DNA of 64,000 bases from an uncultured Clostridia bacterium. GTDB lineage: Bacteria > Bacillota > Clostridia > Oscillospirales > CAG-272. The notes under the pieces are model-generated. The model ran no database searches, was not told where the DNA came from, and saw nothing but the letters and a program-made list of their open reading frames with translations. This document shows, in pieces, positions 38,944 through 48,800 of this stretch (the stretch's first letter is position 1; each line of letters starts with the position of its first letter). The position numbers and the translations under genes are program-made. The DNA lies in NCBI GenBank assembly GCA_947630625.1, contig CANRIL010000005.1, positions 6,205 to 70,204 of the forward strand. The letters are read 5' to 3'.

Positions 38944-39808
38944 TTTTGCCCTCCTTTGTTTCAACGCAGTAGTAGATACCGCGGAACTTGGTGTAGGGCT
39001 CCGTCGTGCTGACATAAACCGTATCGTGCTTGGCGACACGTTCCTCTACCGGCGGCAGCTTCATATAATCGCCCCATATCTTTGTAAGGTACGTCTTGTA
39101 GCCCGCCATGACCGGGATTTTGTATCCTTCGAAATCAAGATAAGTAACGCTGTCAAAATCCGCCTTCGGATGGCGAAGCAGCATACCTTTGATCGACCCG
39201 ATCAGCTCCGTCACCTCTTCGCAATCGTCCCACTTATATTTTGTCATGCGGCGCTCGGCCTTTTTCCAAATCTTATATCTGCGTGACGGCGACTTTACGA
39301 GCGAATACACGACTCCGGCTGCCGCACGGAAAAATTTTCCCTTGTTGTCCGGCAACCGCTGAACATTAAACAGGCTGAACACGAACGCGTTATAGAGCTG
39401 CCACGCGCGCTTCAGCTTTGATTTCGGGCAGCCGTCAATCGGCATTATCTCGACCGCCATGCCGTGGCAGATGTCGTCGTTGACACTGTGCCTGTTTATC
39501 TCCGTCGTTCTTACGTCCCGTATAGACGCTCCGCCGTCGTGATACACATGGTCCCTGTCCGTCCGGCAGTACGCGTACCGGGAAGTATCCGCCTTCTCCC
39601 CCCAGATCGTCGCCAGCCTTTCATAATCGGGGCGCGGCATGAAAAGGTCTATGTCGTCGTCCCACGGGATGAAGCCGTGGTGACGGACGGCGCCTATAAG
39701 ACAGCCGCCGCAGAGATAATATTTAAGTCCGTTTTCACGGCAGAAGCCGTCAAAGTAGAGCAGTATCTCCAGCATCTTCTGCTGGAAGTCGCCTTTGACC
39801 TCGCTCAA
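38930..39808 (-). CDS. LicD-family phosphotransferase (second copy)
   Basis: 292 aa. LIGAVRHHGFIPWDDDIDLFMPRPDYERL. Confidence 0.8.
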   Translation of the reverse strand: MSEVKGDFQQKMLEILLYFDGFCRENGLKYYLCGGCLIGAVRHHGFIPWDDDIDLFMPRPDYERLATIWGEKADTSRYAYCRTDRDHVYHDGGASIRDVRTTEINRHSVNDDICHGMAVEIMPIDGCPKSKLKRAWQLYNAFVFSLFNVQRLPDNKGKFFRAAAGVVYSLVKSPSRRYKIWKKAERRMTKYKWDDCEEVTELIGSIKGMLLRHPKADFDSVTYLDFEGYKIPVMAGYKTYLTKIWGDYMKLPPVEERVAKHDTVYVSTTEPYTKFRGIYYCVETKEGKNASA

Positions 39809-39830
39809 AACGAAATCCTCCGATCCATGG

Positions 39831-40541
39831 TTATTTCCCCGCCGTATAATTTTTTCCGCAAACGGCTAAAAGCGTCATAAACAAAAGCTTTATGTCGCCG
39901 AAAAACGAGAATTTTTCGATCCCGCGCAAATTCCACCCCATCTTAGATGGCAGTATCTTTTCAATATAAACTTTGTCAACGTCAAGAGCCCCTTCGAGCA
40001 GCGCGTCTTCGTCCTTATAATAAATCGAGGTGAGATTTGTAACTCCCGCGGGCAGAAGCAGCGTCGCCATCATTTCGGGCGTATATGCGGCGACATATTT
40101 CGGGACCTCCGGGCGGACGCCGACGAAGGTCATCTTCCCCTCAAATACGTCGATGAGCTGACCGATCTCGTCAAGCCTGCATTTTCTTATTATCCTTCCG
40201 ACCCGCGTCACCCGCGCGTCTCCCCTTACAGTTACGAGCGAGCCTTTTTTGTCAGCCCCGTCGCACATGGAGCGAAATTTGTGTATCCGAAACGTCCTCC
40301 CGTACTGCGTGACCCGAATTTGCCTATAAAATACGGGGCCCCGGCTGTCGATCTTGACGGCGGCGGCAAGTATCAGAAAGAGCGGCGAAAGCAGTATGAG
40401 CAGCACGGAGCTCCCCGCGATATCAAATATCCGCTTAAAGACAAGAGACACGCGCTTTTTTCGCAGTATATCGTAATAGTGCCGCACCTCAGGCAGCCTC
40501 ATGTTTTCCGGAAGCTTTTCCCATTTGCACGGAATCATCAA
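39831..40541 (-). CDS. Initiating polyprenyl-phosphate sugar-phosphate transferase (bacterial sugar transferase family)
   Basis: 236 aa. KRIFDIAGSSVLLILLSPLFLILAAAVKIDSRGPVFYRQIRVTQYGRTFRIHKFRSM ... VGVRPE. Confidence 0.85.
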   Translation of the reverse strand: MMIPCKWEKLPENMRLPEVRHYYDILRKKRVSLVFKRIFDIAGSSVLLILLSPLFLILAAAVKIDSRGPVFYRQIRVTQYGRTFRIHKFRSMCDGADKKGSLVTVRGDARVTRVGRIIRKCRLDEIGQLIDVFEGKMTFVGVRPEVPKYVAAYTPEMMATLLLPAGVTNLTSIYYKDEDALLEGALDVDKVYIEKILPSKMGWNLRGIEKFSFFGDIKLLFMTLLAVCGKNYTAGK

Positions 40542-40568
40542 TGCCTCCCCGGCAAAGCGTTTGTTTGC

Positions 40569-41837
40569 CTATAATATTTTTATATATTCCCGCAAAATAT
40601 CCGTATAATTCTCTATGATGTAGGAAACGTCCTCGTCGGACAGCAGCGTATGCAGCGGGAGCGTTATACAGTTTTTGAATTTGTCATACGAATGCGGATA
40701 TCGCGCGATGTCGAATCCGAGCTTTTTATACGCCGTGTGCATCGGCAGCGGCTTATAATGTACGTTCGTGGCAATGCCGCACGCCGCCATTTTCGTTATA
40801 ATCTCATTCGCGCCCTCGCGGTCGACACCGGGAACGCGCGTGATATAGAGGTGTCCCGACGAAATCCTGTCCTCCCGGTAGTGGTCAAGGACCTCGACGC
40901 CGAGCGGGCGAAACGACGCGTCATAAGCGCCGATAATGTTTCTTCGCCGTTCGAGCATCGCCGGGTACCGCTCAAGCTGGGCGAGCCCTATCGCCGCCAT
41001 TATGTCCGTCATGTTGCACTTGTACCATGTGCCGACGATGTCATATTCCCACGCGCCGAGCTTCGTCTTTGAAAGCGCGTCCTTGTCCTGACCGTGCAGC
41101 GAATAAAGCTGTATGCGGCGATAAATTTCCGCATCTGAGCATTCGTCGCCGCCGAAGCTGCGCCACAAAAGCGCCCCGCCCTCAGCGACGGTGAAATTCT
41201 TTACCGCGTGAAACGAATACGCGGTAAAATCGGCGACATTCCCCACGGGCGTACCCTTATATGACGCGCCGAACGCGTGCGCCGCGTCCGCTATGACCGC
41301 GACTCTGCCGAGCTTTTTCTGCATAGGAGACGCGGGACAGAAAAGACCGCGCTTTCTCTCGACAATTTCAAATATTCTGTCGTAATCGCACGGTATCCCG
41401 CCGAGGTCGACGGGTATCACGGCTTTTGTCCGCTCCGTGATCGCCGATTCAAGCATGTCATAATCAAGCTCGACCGAGCCCGGCTTATCCGTGCAGTCGA
41501 CAAGGACGAGCTTTGCCCCCGTATGAACGACGACCGAGGCGGACGCCGTATAAGTGTAAGCGCACGTTATGACCTCGTCCTCCGCCGACCCGCCTTCCTC
41601 AGGCCCAACGCCGAGCAGTCTGAGCGCGAGCTCAAGCGCCGCCGTCGCGGAATTGAGGCAGACGCAGCGCGGCACGCCTTCGCCGCCGTAACCGTTCACG
41701 CGCGCCGCAATCCTTTTTTCAAGCTCCTTCGTCCTCGGTCCTGTCGTTATCCAGCCGGAGCGCATCGCCTCGGCAACATATTTTATTTCGAGCTCGCCAA
41801 CGTCTGGCGGGCTGAATTTTATGTTTCGTTTTTCCAT
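40569..41837 (-). CDS. DegT/DnrJ/EryC1/StrS-family sugar aminotransferase
   Basis: 422 aa. SGWITTGPRTKELE, the lysine region SFHAVKNFTVAEGG, HLYITRV. Confidence 0.8.
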   Translation of the reverse strand: MEKRNIKFSPPDVGELEIKYVAEAMRSGWITTGPRTKELEKRIAARVNGYGGEGVPRCVCLNSATAALELALRLLGVGPEEGGSAEDEVITCAYTYTASASVVVHTGAKLVLVDCTDKPGSVELDYDMLESAITERTKAVIPVDLGGIPCDYDRIFEIVERKRGLFCPASPMQKKLGRVAVIADAAHAFGASYKGTPVGNVADFTAYSFHAVKNFTVAEGGALLWRSFGGDECSDAEIYRRIQLYSLHGQDKDALSKTKLGAWEYDIVGTWYKCNMTDIMAAIGLAQLERYPAMLERRRNIIGAYDASFRPLGVEVLDHYREDRISSGHLYITRVPGVDREGANEIITKMAACGIATNVHYKPLPMHTAYKKLGFDIARYPHSYDKFKNCITLPLHTLLSDEDVSYIIENYTDILREYIKIL

Positions 41838-41869
41838 TTATCCATTGCTCCATAGGCGCCGCTACGCCT

Positions 41870-43066
41870 TTATTTCAGCATCGCGCCGACAACATCAGCT
41901 CCGCACGCCGTCAAAAGCCCCGCGAGCTTGTCCGTCTCGCGCCTGTCGGAGACTCCCTTCGCCTCCGTGAGCAGGACGGCGCGGCCTTCAAGCTCCGACA
42001 GAAGCCCCGCGTTATATACGGGATTCGGGAACGGTTTTACGTCGTACCCCTCCGGCATAAACGCGCCGAGCCTGTCAGCGACCGCCGAAAGCTCGTCCGC
42101 GGCGAGAGTTCCCGTCACCGCCACTGTCTTTTTATCCGTCCTCGCGCGGAGCGCGGCTGCGACAAGCTCATATACCTTGTCTTCGCTCTCCGCCGTCTCT
42201 ATGTCTCCGGCAAATGCGTCGAGCGAGCGGGAGAATTTCCCCTTTCGGCTCTGCGCCTTCGCGGAGCGGAGCTGTCCGAGCACATAGACTCCGTATCTCA
42301 TCCCATATTCTTTGGCGCCGCGCAGCTTTTTGTCCGTCAGGAACTGCACGAAAACGACGCCGCAGAAAAGGAACCCGCCGAGCACCCCGCCGATGGCCGC
42401 CGTCAAGAGTACCGACTTTTTGCCCGGTCTGCCCGACATTTCCTCAAGCTCGGCGCGCTGCTCGTCAAGCGTCTTTTGCAGCTTTTCTCTCGTGTCCTTC
42501 AGCGTCCCGATCCTGACCGTGTTGCTCTCTATATCGTTTTTCCACGACATCGTATCTTCGTGAAGCGTGTTCGTCATGCGCACCGCCTCGTCGATGCGGC
42601 CGTTAACATTTATGATATCGCCTTCGACCGCCGAGATCTGCCCGATAAGCTCCACCCGCTCAGACGCGGAAAGCGATTCGTCGGACAGCGCCCGTTCCGC
42701 CTCGGCGAGCGTTTTTTTCAGCGTCGCGAGCGTTTCGCGCATATCCTTTAGCGAGGACTCGTAATTGGCTATTATCTTTTCGTGCGAGGCGATTTTTTCA
42801 TTGTTCGCCGCGATATTCCGCTCGCAAGCGGCGATATCGTTGGCGTTGTTTTTAAGCGAAGTCTCGCTCGCCTCGATCGTCTCCTGCATTTCCTCGATCC
42901 GCGTCTCGCCCGCCGCCTTGCCGGGATTAAGAACTCCGCGGTAAAGGCCGAACAGCAGCGCGCCGATCAGGACCGCGGCAAAAAACCACACCCACTTGCG
43001 GAGTGCCGACGCGAAAAGCGCCCGCAGATCAACGTTTCCTTCCGTCTGTGTGCCATCGAAGCGCAT
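41870..43066 (-). CDS. Wzz/CpsC-like chain-length-determinant protein with a long coiled coil and an extra C-terminal cytoplasmic domain
   Basis: 398 aa. The N-terminus VDLRALFASALRKWVWFFAAVLIGALLFGLY is the Wzz pattern. About 170 aa of coiled coil, a second TM (VLLTAAIGGVLGGFLFCGVVFV), then about 150 aa with no Walker A. Confidence 0.55.
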   Translation of the reverse strand: MRFDGTQTEGNVDLRALFASALRKWVWFFAAVLIGALLFGLYRGVLNPGKAAGETRIEEMQETIEASETSLKNNANDIAACERNIAANNEKIASHEKIIANYESSLKDMRETLATLKKTLAEAERALSDESLSASERVELIGQISAVEGDIINVNGRIDEAVRMTNTLHEDTMSWKNDIESNTVRIGTLKDTREKLQKTLDEQRAELEEMSGRPGKKSVLLTAAIGGVLGGFLFCGVVFVQFLTDKKLRGAKEYGMRYGVYVLGQLRSAKAQSRKGKFSRSLDAFAGDIETAESEDKVYELVAAALRARTDKKTVAVTGTLAADELSAVADRLGAFMPEGYDVKPFPNPVYNAGLLSELEGRAVLLTEAKGVSDRRETDKLAGLLTACGADVVGAMLK

Positions 43067-43375
43067 GTTTTCCTCCTTGTTTTCGGGAAAAATGTACTAT
43101 GTCTCCCCGGCTCGGTTTCGGTTTCGATCAATATTAAAGCCGGTAAAAATCTCATTATATTATACACTTATTCAGAAACAAATGCAACATGATTCGCCCG
43201 TTATATTTGACAATCCCCGCCGCCCGCCGCCTCCGTGCCGCATACATTTTCACAAAACCAGCCTTTTCCCACGCGCCGCCGCACACGCAGACAGCCGCTC
43301 CGGCTTTTGGCTTTTTTGCCGACTATGCAAACGTTTGCGGGCGCGATTTTTGTGAGATTTTGACGCGATCCGCAA

Positions 43376-43404
43376 TTGAATTTGCGCCGCTGCCGCAGTA
43401 TAAT
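43376..43404 (+). promoter_or_regulatory. Sigma-70-type promoter upstream of the permease gene
   Basis: TTGAAT (43376-43381), 17 nt, TATAAT (43399-43404). Confidence 0.55.
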
Positions 43405-43455
43405 ATGTGAGGTAAAAAATTGTTTCGTACATAATTTATGATATGGGAGTTATTT

Positions 43456-44808
43456 ATGAAAGATCATGACTCCGGAACGGAGAAGACAGAAGGATCTATC
43501 GGCTGCCGCCGCGCGCGGCAGCCTCTCCACACAAATAGCGCCGGACAATATCGCAGAGAGAGATCAGCGAGCGCAAAAACGCTGCGCCCTCACCACACCC
43601 ACAGCGCGGGACATTATCGCGTAAGATTCAGCCGTCCCGCCGCGGCGGGCGCTATCGCGCTGCCCACACGACGCAGGCCCTCCGCAGACGAGCTTTTGCA
43701 CGCGGCCGAAGCGTTTGTAAAAAAGAACACCGTCATGGTGATCGCCTTCTTTGCGGCGCTTCTCACATCTCTGATCGTCCCGGTCGACAGCGCATATCTC
43801 GGCTACTTCGACTTCAAGACGCTCACATGTCTTTTCTGCGTGCTCGCCGTCGTCTGCGCGCTTAAGGACATCAACTTCTTCTACATGCTCGCGCGCCGCG
43901 TCGTCCGCATTTTCAGAAACGCGCGGATGAGCGTGCTTGCGCTCGTATATATCACCTTCATCGGCTCGATGCTGATCGCCAACGACATGGCGCTTCTCAC
44001 GTTTTTGCCGCTCGGATATCTTGTTCTCTCATCGACCGGCAAAGAAAAATATATGGCGTTCACGTTCATCATGCAGAACATCGCCGCCAACCTCGGCGGA
44101 ATGCTGACTCCGTTCGGCAACCCGCAGAATCTTTACCTCTACACCAAATTCAATATACCGAATCTCGAATTTATGTCGATAATGGCGCCGCCCTTTATCC
44201 TCTCCGTCATCCTGATAACTGTATCCTGCATCATATTCGTAAAGCCGGAGCCGCTTTATGTGGACGACGAAAAGATAACGGTCGACCCGCGGCGCGCGTC
44301 CCTTTATCTCTGCCTTTTCGCGCTCGCGATAGCGATCGTTTTCCGCGGCATACCGTACCTGACGGGGCTTTTTGTGATCCCGCCCGTGCTCTTCTTCGCC
44401 GACAGAAAGGCTCTCCGCTCCGTCGATTATCCGCTGCTCTTTACGTTCGTGTTCTTTTTCATCTTCTCCGGCAATATGGCGAGGATCTCCGCCGTCCGCA
44501 GCTTCTTCTCGTTTCTGCTCGGCAAGAGCACGCTGCTCTTCAGCGCGCTTTCATGCCAGTTCATCAGCAACGTCCCCTCCGCCATTCTGCTCTCGCAGTT
44601 CACGGATAATTACGCCGACCTTCTCTGCGGCGTCAACGTCGGCGGCGTCGGCACGCTGATCGCGTCGCTTGCCAGCCTCATCACGTTCCGCGAATACGTG
44701 AAGCACAACCCCGGCGAGGCGCGCGGTTACATATTGAAGTTTTCCGCCTTCAATTTCGCGTTTCTCGCAGTTCTCGTCGGCTTTTTGTTCATATTGAAGT
44801 CGATATGA
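43456..44808 (+). CDS. ArsB/NhaD-superfamily anion permease (citrate-transporter-like), with an unusual Arg/His-rich N-terminal extension
   Basis: GGGAG followed by ATG 43456 (MKDHDS...). The family-typical region starts at ...AEAFVKKNTVMVIAFFAALLTSLIVPVD (about 43700). About 10-12 TM helices. The start is uncertain: 43438, 43456, or TTG 43696. Confidence 0.65.
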   Translation: MKDHDSGTEKTEGSIGCRRARQPLHTNSAGQYRRERSASAKTLRPHHTHSAGHYRVRFSRPAAAGAIALPTRRRPSADELLHAAEAFVKKNTVMVIAFFAALLTSLIVPVDSAYLGYFDFKTLTCLFCVLAVVCALKDINFFYMLARRVVRIFRNARMSVLALVYITFIGSMLIANDMALLTFLPLGYLVLSSTGKEKYMAFTFIMQNIAANLGGMLTPFGNPQNLYLYTKFNIPNLEFMSIMAPPFILSVILITVSCIIFVKPEPLYVDDEKITVDPRRASLYLCLFALAIAIVFRGIPYLTGLFVIPPVLFFADRKALRSVDYPLLFTFVFFFIFSGNMARISAVRSFFSFLLGKSTLLFSALSCQFISNVPSAILLSQFTDNYADLLCGVNVGGVGTLIASLASLITFREYVKHNPGEARGYILKFSAFNFAFLAVLVGFLFILKSI

Positions 44809-44829
44809 AAAATTCTATATAAAAACCGC

Positions 44830-44871
44830 CGCGTGAGGAGAACTTTTTTGAGTTCTCCCCACGCGTTTTTT
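44830..44871. terminator. Rho-independent terminator between the convergent permease and AraC genes
   Basis: CGCGTGAGGAGAACT-tttttg-AGTTCTCCCCACGCG (one mismatch), followed by TTTTTT and preceded by AAAAA. Confidence 0.75.
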
Positions 44872-45716
44872 CAGCCTCTCTCACGGAACTCTGTCGGGGT
44901 GACGCCCTCGAACCGCCTGAAAACGGCGCAGAAATAGCTGACATCGGAAAATCCGCAGGCGGCGGCGACCTCCTTTACGCGCATCTCCCGGTTCGAAAGC
45001 AATATCTCCTTGCTTCTCCCCACGCGGACGCCGTTGATGTATTCCGTGACGGTCACGCCAGTCAGCGATTTAAAAATGATCGAGAGGTGCTGCGGCGTCA
45101 CGCCGATTTTCGAGGACAGCACGCCGAGCGGCACGGGCTCTTTGTAATGTTCGTCAATATACGCAAAGACAGGACGCAGCCTTTCCGCGCGCGCCGAAAG
45201 TGAGGCGCCCTGACTGCGCGACGTGCCGATATATATTTCAAGAAGTATCTCATATACGATCCCGGACGCGGCGGCATACTTCATAGGGCCGCCGAGCGTC
45301 GCCGTTTCGTATAGCTTTTCTATGAGCTCCGATATCTTAAACGGAACTGCGACCGAATATACGCCCGAACACTTTGCCCCGATCACGCGGCTGACAAATC
45401 CGCCAATCCCGGCGCCGGAAAATACGACCCAGTCTACCTCCCACGAGTCGGTGCGCGCGTAATATTCGTGCGGCTCGTTCGGGAACAGCAGCATCCCCTG
45501 CCCCTCGCCGACGGGATATCTGCGCCCGCGCAGCAGCAGCTCCCCCTCTCCCCGGCGGCACATTATCCACTGATAGTACGGGTATATCCACTCCGTCTCT
45601 CGCCTGCCGCCCGGTCTCTTCACGTGCTCCTGCTCGTAGCGGCAGCCGACCCCGGCAAAGCCGTATTCAAGCCGTTCGCGGTACTCGTCCGTCACCGAAA
45701 AAAACATTCTTTTCAT
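44871..45716 (-). CDS. AraC-family transcriptional regulator (cupin sensor plus HTH)
   Basis: 281 aa. The C-terminal AraC HTH region reads LSIIFKSLTGVTVTEYINGVRVGRSKEILL...EVAAACGFSDVSYFCAVFRRFEGVTPTEFR. Divergent from the GH2 gene. Confidence 0.85.
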   Translation of the reverse strand: MKRMFFSVTDEYRERLEYGFAGVGCRYEQEHVKRPGGRRETEWIYPYYQWIMCRRGEGELLLRGRRYPVGEGQGMLLFPNEPHEYYARTDSWEVDWVVFSGAGIGGFVSRVIGAKCSGVYSVAVPFKISELIEKLYETATLGGPMKYAAASGIVYEILLEIYIGTSRSQGASLSARAERLRPVFAYIDEHYKEPVPLGVLSSKIGVTPQHLSIIFKSLTGVTVTEYINGVRVGRSKEILLSNREMRVKEVAAACGFSDVSYFCAVFRRFEGVTPTEFRERG

Positions 45717-45876
45717 GATCTATACCTCCGGTCATATCAAGTATACGCCCGCGCGCCGCCGCAGTCAATCATATCTTTTAAAATAGTCATATAAATATTA
45801 AAAAATTATGATTGAACAACGGTTTTTGCTGATGTATAATTTAAATATAGACATACACCGTTTTATGGAGGCAGAC

Positions 45877-48800
45877 ATGAAAGCTCTTCTGCGCGCCTTG
45901 GCGCTGCTCTTCGCGCTGTCGTCGGCGCTGATATTTGCCGTCGGCTGCAGCAACACCGACAAAGCCGATGATGAAACAAACAATACCGACACCGACATGG
46001 GGGGAAACATGGCACGACAAATTCTTAATTTCAACACCGGATGGCTCTTTTCGCCGTCCGACTTCAAAAACGGAGCGTCCCCTGAGCTTGACGATTCCGC
46101 GTTCGAGAAAGTCTCGATCCCGCACGCCAACACGCTCCTCACCGATCACAAGGGACCCGGATTCGCGGATCAGATCGAGTCCTACCGCTTTGTCTCGTGG
46201 TACCGCCGCCACTTCACGCTTGGCGAGGAATACAAGGGTCGCCGCGTCGTCGTCGAATTTGAAGGCGTCGCGACCGTCGCCGACGTATACGTGAACGGCA
46301 GCGCCGTCGCGTCGCACAAGGGCGCATATACGGGCTTTTCCGTCGATATCACCGACCACATCAGGGAAGGCGACAACGTGATCGCCGTCCGCGTCGATTC
46401 CGAACGCCAGCCCGGCATCCCGCCCGAGGGCGGATCTGTCGACTACTGCGTATTCGGCGGCATCGTCCGCGATGTCAACATGATCCTGACCTCCGAAACT
46501 TATATCGACGACGTGTTTGTAAAAACGCCTGACCTCACCGCCGACGCCGGGACCGTCAGCGCGGAAACGGCTGTCACAAACGGTGCCGACAAGGCGCGTA
46601 CGCTCACGGTCAAAACGACAGTCCGGGATAAAGACGGCAATATCGCGGCTGAGCTGACTGATTCGCGCGAGGTCGCCGCGGGCGGAACGGAGACGTTTTT
46701 AGCCTCAGCATCAATAAGTTCCCCGCATCTCTGGAGCACCGACGACCCTTATCTTTATACAGTGACCACGAACGTCAGCGACGGCGGGACGATACTCGAC
46801 GACTGTGTGACTACGCTCGGGATGAGGTGGTTCTCGTTTGAGGAGGACGGCTTTTACCTGAACGGCACAAAGACCGAGATCGTCGGCATCAACAGGCACG
46901 AGCAGTGGCCGTGGCTCGGCAGAGCCGTCAACGATAAGCATCAGCGCGCCGACGCCGACCTGATAAAGGACACCGGCTTCAACGCCGTCCGCTGCTCGCA
47001 TTACCCTCAGGACCCCTCGTTCCTCGCACGCTGCGATGAGATCGGACTGCTCGTATTCGAGGAAGCGCCGGGCTGGCAGCACATCGGCGACGGCGAATGG
47101 CAGGACATTTACTGCGACAACATCCGCGAAATGATACTTCGCGACAGGAATCACGCCTCGATCATAAGCTGGGGAACGCGCGTCAACGAATCGTTTGACA
47201 ACGACGCGCTCTACGAGCGCTCAAACGAGCTCGCCAAATCGCTTGACCCGACAAGACCGACGCACGGCGTTCGCCGCATGGAATCTTACGCGGACAGCCA
47301 TTTTCTCGACGGGGAGGACATTTTCGCCGTCAACTACACGTACCCCGAAAAGCCGAATCATACGCCGTTCATAATCACCGAGCACTCGATGGACTGGTAC
47401 GCGGGACACGGATTTTCGTGGGCGTCCGACGCGGACGCGCTGACGTTTACGAAGTCGTTCGCAGAGGTCGTTGACTATTATTTCGGAAACGAATACTGCT
47501 CCGGCGGCTTTGCATGGAGCATGTTCGACTACGATAACGAGGTCAACTACACAAACACCGACAACGTATTTTACAGCGGCCTTTACGACATATTCCGCAT
47601 ACCGAAAATGCCTTCGTACTTCTATCGCTCGCAGAAGGACCCCGCCGTTGACCCCAATGTCTATATCGCAAACTACAGAACGTCCTCCTCGCCCGAAACG
47701 GTCACCGTTTTCTCGAACTGTGACGAGGTCGAGCTGTTTGTCGGCGGCGAGTCCGTGGGAAAACAGACGCCCACATTATACATGAATCTGCCGCATCCCG
47801 TATATGAATTCAAAAACGTCCCGCGCGGGACCGACGAGCTCCGCGCCGTCGGCTACATCGACGGGAAGGAAGCGGCGTCATACACGGTCACATATCCCGG
47901 CAAGCCCGTAAAGCTCGTGCTCGAGCCGCAGTATGACACGATCACCGCCGACGGCTCCGACTTCACGAGCGTCGCCGTCTACGCCGTCGACGATAACGGC
48001 TCCGTCGTCCCGCATGCGGAAAATGAGATAAAGATCACGCTCACGGGCGAGGGGCGCTTCATAGGAGAGGAAACGATCTCCTTTGAGGGCGGCAGCGCCG
48101 CGTTCTTCATCGCCTCCGTTTACGGCAAAACGGGGACCGCGTCGGCAACAGTTTCGTCAGACTCGCTTGAGTCCGCAAGCTGCGAGATCAAAATCACGGA
48201 ATTCACCGGCAATATAGTTCCCGTCTCTTCCTCAGACGGGACGGAGGCTCCCGTTCCGTCAACTTCGCTCAGCATCAACGACAGCGAGACGGGCGCGGGG
48301 GAAAATCTCTTCACATATTCGGGCAAGGGCTGGATCGGCGGAGCACAGAGCGGCTGCTATTTCCTTGACAACCACTATTCAAAAACGGCGGGTGACTCGG
48401 TCACGATAACGTTCACCGGCGACCGCTTCCTCTGGTACGGCAGCACAGCCCCCTCGCACGGGATCATGACGCTCTCCGTCGACGGCGGCGAGGCAAAGGA
48501 GATCGACTGCTACTCAGTCGAGCGCACAGATTCGATCGTGCTCTTTGATTCGGGCGAGCTTGGGGGAGGCTCCCACACCGTTACGGTGACGGTCACCGGC
48601 AGGAAAAACGCCGCAGCAGAGGACTGCTATGTGAACGTCGACCGCATCCGCATTTACGGCGGAACTGTGCAAAATACGGACAGAAAGAGGTATTCGTTCC
48701 CCACCGATACGGTAAAATCGACCGGACGCGCCAACAACGGCTCCACATATGAGTGGTGGTCGGATACGGCTCCGCTGCTCTTCTATGTTGATACCGTCAA

